Under the pieces are notes generated by a model. It did not search any database. It was not told the DNA's origin and saw nothing but the letters and a program-made list of their open reading frames with translations. From an uncultured Verrucomicrobiae bacterium (GTDB taxonomy: Bacteria; Verrucomicrobiota; Verrucomicrobiia; Limisphaerales; SIBH01): a stretch of 64,000 nt of DNA. The position numbers and the translations under genes are program-made. The DNA lies in assembly GCA_963760275.1 (NCBI GenBank), contig CAVXCM010000013.1, positions 459,889 through 523,888 on the forward strand. The letters are read 5' to 3'. Positions 59,279 to 64,000 of the stretch are shown here, one piece after another; the stretch's first letter is position 1; each line of letters starts with the position of its first letter.

Positions 59279-62200
59279 ATGATCAACATTTACTCTTGGA
59301 CACGTTCGTTGCGGTGCTGGCTGGCGCTTCTTTTGGCGGGCTTCGTCCTATCCTCTCGGGCCAGTGCAGCTGAAACCGTTTTCATTTCTGAATTTCTCTC
59401 CTCCAATAATGGCGGCTTGCGGGACGAAGACGGCGCTGCTCCGGACTGGATAGAAATTTTCAACTCGGGGACAAGCGCTGTGGATCTCAACGGCTGGTTC
59501 CTTACGGACGATCCTTCTGCGCTGACCAAGTGGCGGATTCCTTCCACGAATGTTGCCCCCAACGGATTCCTCATCGTTTTCGCTTCGGGAAAGAACCGCT
59601 CCGTGCCGGGGGCGCCGCTGCACGCAAACTTCAGCTTGAATGCGGGTGGCGAATACCTGGCGTTGGTGCATCCGGATGGCGTCACGATTGCCAATGAATT
59701 TCCCGCGCCGTTTCAGGAACAGTTTCCGAACATCTCCTACGGCGTGGCGCAGAATCTTCTCGTGAGCCACCTGGTTTCCAATGCCTCGCCAGCGCGAATT
59801 CTCATCCCCACCAATGGCGTTCTTGGCACCGGCTGGACGGCGGCCGCCTTCAACGACTCTGCCTGGCGCGCCGCGACAAATGGCGTGGGCTACGAAACAT
59901 ACGTGCCCGGATTTTCCATTCGGAACATTCGCGCCAACGGCGGGGTCTGCAGCTTGAGCGCGGCGGATTCCGTGCTTGCGAACCCCTCTCAGCAAGCAGC
60001 GGTCTTCACGGAAACGCGCAACGTGGTCAATTACATGAACACTGGCGGCGGGGCCAACTTCGGCAACGACGCCACGTTTCCGGGCCTGACCATCAACGTG
60101 GACAGCGATAACTTTGTTCTGGAAGCCACGGGGATCATCACCATTCCCACTACGGGCAATTGGACGTTCGGCGTCAATTCCGACGACGGTTTTCGCGTGG
60201 ATATCGGCGCCAACACCTTCTCTTTTCCCGCCCCGCGCGGCCCCGCGGATACACTAGCGACGTTCAACCTTGCCGCCGGCGATTATCCCGTTCGCGTGGT
60301 GTTTTACGAATGCGGCGGTGGAGCCGAGATGGAATTCTACGCTGCGTCCGGGAGCCAGGGTACCTTCAATGCGGCCGTGTTCCGACTCGTTGGTGACACG
60401 GCGGGTGGAGGGCTGGCGGTAAAATCACTCCCGTTGGGCAGCGGCTCCACCAGCCTGCGTTCCCTCATCAAGTCGGACGTGCAACCGGAGATGCTCTCAC
60501 GCGCCAGCTCCGCGTATGTGCGGCTGCCCTTCAGTCTTTCCGATCCTGCCGCCTTCTCCACGCTCACGCTTCGAATGAAGTATGACGACGGCTTTGTGGC
60601 CTACTTGAACGGAACTGAAATCGCCCGGCGCAACTCTCCCGCCACCGCGCAGTGGAATTCAGTCGCTCCCATCAATCGTCCATCCACCAATGCCTTCACC
60701 TTCGAGGACATCGATCTCACCAGCCGGCTGAACCTGCTCCAGTCAGGCGTCAATGTACTCGCTCTCCATGGCCTGAATGATTCCCTCGGCAGCAGTGATT
60801 TCGTCGTGCTGGCGGAACTCGCGGAGAACAAGGTCCTTGGCCTGACCAATCACTATTTCTCGACACCAACGCCGGGCGCGGTGAATGGCAGCGGCTCGTA
60901 CGCCTTTGTTGAGAATTTGAAGTTCACGCCGGGGCGTGGCTGGTTTGATGCGACCAATTTTTCCGTGACCATTACGAGCGCCACACCCGGCATTACGATT
61001 CGCTACACTACAAATGGCTCAGTGCCCACACCTTCCAACGGGCTGATTTACACTGGGGGCATTCCCATGAACGGCACGCGATTGATCCGTGCCGTCGGTT
61101 ATCGTCCGGGGTTTGAGACGACAGAGGTCGAGACACACTCCTACATCTTCCTCAATCAGGTGCAGGCGCAATCCACCAATGTGAACTGGGCCGGTGGCTC
61201 CTCCGGTGATTACACCATGGCGCGTACTGTCACGCAAAGCGGGCTCTACGGGCCGACGTTCAAAAACGATTTGCTCGGCGTTCCAACGTTGAGCGTGGTC
61301 ATGGACTGGGCGGACGTCTTTGGTCCGAGCGGCGTCTGGTCAAATCCCCAGGCCGAGGGCGTCGCGTGGGAACGCCCATGCTCGCTGGAGTAACATGCGG
61401 CCGGATGGCGAGAAGGGGTTCAACCTCAACTGTGGCATTCGCATCCAGGGAGGCGCCAGTCGCTCGCTGGTGCCGAAGCATGGCCTGCGCCTGCTTTTCA
61501 AGAACCTCTACGGCGCCGGAAAACTGGAGTATCCGCTCTTCCCGGATTCTCCCGTGCAGCAGTTCGACACTCTGACCCTGCACGCCACGTTCAACGATCA
61601 TTGGTCTTGGGGCGGAGCCCAGGCGCAAATGCAGCGGGACCTGTGGTGCCGGGATACGCAAAATGCGATGGGCGGCTTCGGGCCGCATGGGACCTACGTC
61701 CATCTGTATCTCAACGGCCTGTATTGGGGGCTCTACAACGCGGGTGAGAAGGGGGACGCCGCTTATGCCTCAAGCTATCTCGGCGGCGAACGAGAGGAAT
61801 ATGACGCATACAACTCGGACGAACTGATCGATGGCACTGCCGTGGCGTGGAACACGATGCATGCTATCGCCAGCGCGGGCATTACCAACGACGTCGCTTA
61901 CACCAACCTCAGCCAGTACCTGAACATCCCAAATTTCATCAACTACATGCTGATGAACTTCTATGCGGGCACGACGGATTGGCCCTGGCACAACTGGAAC
62001 GCCGCGCGCCGCCGTGTTCCCGGGGCAGGATTTCACTTTTTCTCCTGGGACGCAGAATGGAGTTTTGGGATCGGCGGCGATATCAATTCCGATCGCACCG
62101 GCCTGACAAGCAACGACGGTTCGCCGGGCCGACTCTACGCCGCCCTGCGCGTTCACCCTGAATTCAAGCGAGCCTTTGGCGATCATGCGCAAAAATATTT

Positions 62201-64000
62201 GTTTAACGGAGGCGCACTGACTCCGGCTGCTGCTGACGCCCGCTGGATGAAGCGCGCTGGCGAAATTGATCGCGCCATCGTGGCCGAATCTGCGCGTTGG
62301 GGAAATGGCTACACGCGTGAGACGTGGCTGGCGGCGCAAAGCTCGATTCGTTCGTGGTTTCCCCAACGCGGTGCCATCCTGCTGAACCAATTGCGCAACG
62401 CCGGGCTTTACCCCCAACTCAATTCTCCCACGTTCGCACCGTTCGGCGGGCTGGTACCACCGGGCCACGTACTTGCACTCACGAATCCCAATCCCGCCGG
62501 CACGGTTTACTTCACGCTTGATGGCAGCGATCCGCGGCTCTGGGGCGGAGGTCTTGCGCCAACGGCGCAGGCCTACACGGCTCCGCTCGTCCTGACCAAT
62601 GCGATATCGCTCCAGGCTCGCGTGCGCGAGGGCGCGAACTGGAGTGCTCTGGTCGAAGCCACTTTCTATGTGGTGCAGGATTTTGCGCGGCTCAAGGTCA
62701 CGGAAATCATGTATCATCCGCCGAATTGGGGAGTGACCGATGGCGATGATCTGGAGTTTCTCGAACTCAAGAACACGGGGACCAACACGTTTGACTTCAC
62801 GGGATTGGAGTTCACAGAAGGCGTCACCTTCAAGTTCACGAATGGAACGCAGCTCGCGCCCGGAGCTTTTTTTGTTCTGGCGCGGAACGCGTCGGTCTTC
62901 GCGGCGAAGTATCCCGCCCTCACCGCTAATGGCAGCTACGCTGGCCGGCTGGATAATGCGGGTGAGAAACTCACGCTGGCTCACGTGCTGGGCACCAATG
63001 TCTTTTCATTCACGTATGACGCCGCGCCGCCGTGGCCTGTCACGCCGGATGGTTACGGTTTCTCACTCGTTGCCCGTGATGTGATTGGCGACCCAGCCTT
63101 GCCCACCAGCTGGCGCCCGAGTGCCAGTCTGGGCGGCTCGCCGGGTGCGGACGATCCAGACGTGAGCATCGCCGGAATCGTCATTAACGAAATCCTCACG
63201 CACACCGACGCGCCGCAGCTTGACGCGATCGAGTTGTTCAATCCCACCGCCAACGCCGTGAACATCGGCGGCTGGTACCTCAGCGATGACGCGCGGGAGC
63301 CCAAGAAATTTCGGGTGCCCGATGGAACGAGCATTCCGGCGGGCGGTTTCATCGTATTCTACGAGACCGACTTCAATCCTCAGCCCGGAGTGCCGCCGAG
63401 CTTCGCGCTCAATTCTCATGGCGAATCGCTTTACCTTTTCAGTGGTGATGCCAGTACAAACCTCACCGGTTACAGTCACAGCTTCGATTACACGGCGGCG
63501 GCGAATGGAGTCAGTTTTGGCCGCTACCTGATTAGCACCGGCGATGAAGATTGGGCGGCACTGTCCGCGCTTACTTTGGGCGCGCCGAATGCGACGCCAC
63601 GCTCCGGTCCACTCGTTATCAACGAAGTGATGTATCATCCGCCGATTGGCTTCGATGAGTTCGTCGAGATTCACAACACCACCTCATCGCCCGGTACCTC
63701 TGTCCGACCCCGCTTATCCGACCAACATGTGGAAGTTAAGCGGGCTGGGTTACAGCTTCTCGAACAACGTGAGTGTGCCCGCAAACGGGTACCTTCTTGT
63801 TGTTGCCAGCGATCCTGCATCCTTTCGGACGAAATACAACGTGCCCGCGGCAGTGCCCATCGTCGGGCCGTATGCCGGAGTCTTGCAGGATAGCGGCGAG
63901 CGATTGCGCCTCGAGCGGCCTGATGCGCCGGAAACAAATGTCGTTCCCTACATCGTCGTGGATGAAGTGCGCTACAACGATCGCCTTCCATGGCCGTTGA
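59279..64000 (+). pseudogene. giant secreted CotH-kinase-family protein with N-terminal LTD, PA14-like domain, CotH domain and C-terminal LTD cassette. It has two frame shifts and the 3' end lies outside the window.
   Basis: ATG at 59279 with a signal peptide. LTD (VFISEFLSSN...WIEIFNSG), PA14-like region (GNWTFGVNSDDGFRVDIG...YECGGGAEMEFY), CotH core about 61180-62310 (GIRIQGGASRS, LRLLFKN, YVHLYLNGLYWGLYN). LTDs follow from 62690. Frame breaks lie near 61391 and 63690, and the translation is colinear across both. Confidence 0.85.

Noticed and set aside
61770-62984. 404-aa ORF on the minus strand
   Set aside because: It is antisense to the CotH core, whose plus-strand translation carries the family motifs.

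Overview
A 64 kb chromosomal segment of high GC content with tightly packed genes. The gene content suggests the PVC superphylum, probably Verrucomicrobiota or Planctomycetota. The indicators are a Pirellula/Verrucomicrobium-type dehydrogenase plus multi-heme cytochrome pair, TAT-signal Gfo/Idh/MocA oxidoreductases, and giant secreted LamG, lamin-tail-domain (LTD) and CotH proteins. About 55 protein-coding genes can be supported. Most are housekeeping: sdhB (partial), comM, rluB, folD, ispA, purB, fabD, gmhB, kdsB, pyrG, rsfS, rnhB, lon, hsp20 and argG. The rest include an ECF sigma/anti-sigma pair, an orphan sigma-54 activator, a NitT/TauT ABC transporter with a divergent LysR gene, and a GH42 beta-galactosidase. 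I found no rRNA, tRNA, CRISPR array, transposase or prophage genes. Points worth following up: (1) a 1672-aa secreted LamG protein carries a cryptic papain-like Cys-His-Asn signature (GSCVGFS); (2) large secreted proteins share a C-terminal tail (acidic Ca-binding-type repeats plus a beta-sandwich ending in [FY]YR[LV]) and a two-LTD cassette; (3) a compact unit of sigma-54-type promoter, DUF1328 microprotein and strong terminator lies directly upstream of the orphan sigma-54 activator; (4) an hsp20-lon operon is translationally coupled to a LolA-like protein and a TPR membrane protein; (5) fifteen clustered single-base frame disruptions affect kdsB, pyrG, argG, the PVC dehydrogenase gene and the CotH gene. 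These disruptions are most likely consensus errors, but this needs checking. No single compelling novel multi-gene system such as a defence island is evident, and all functional calls rest on motif recognition by eye.
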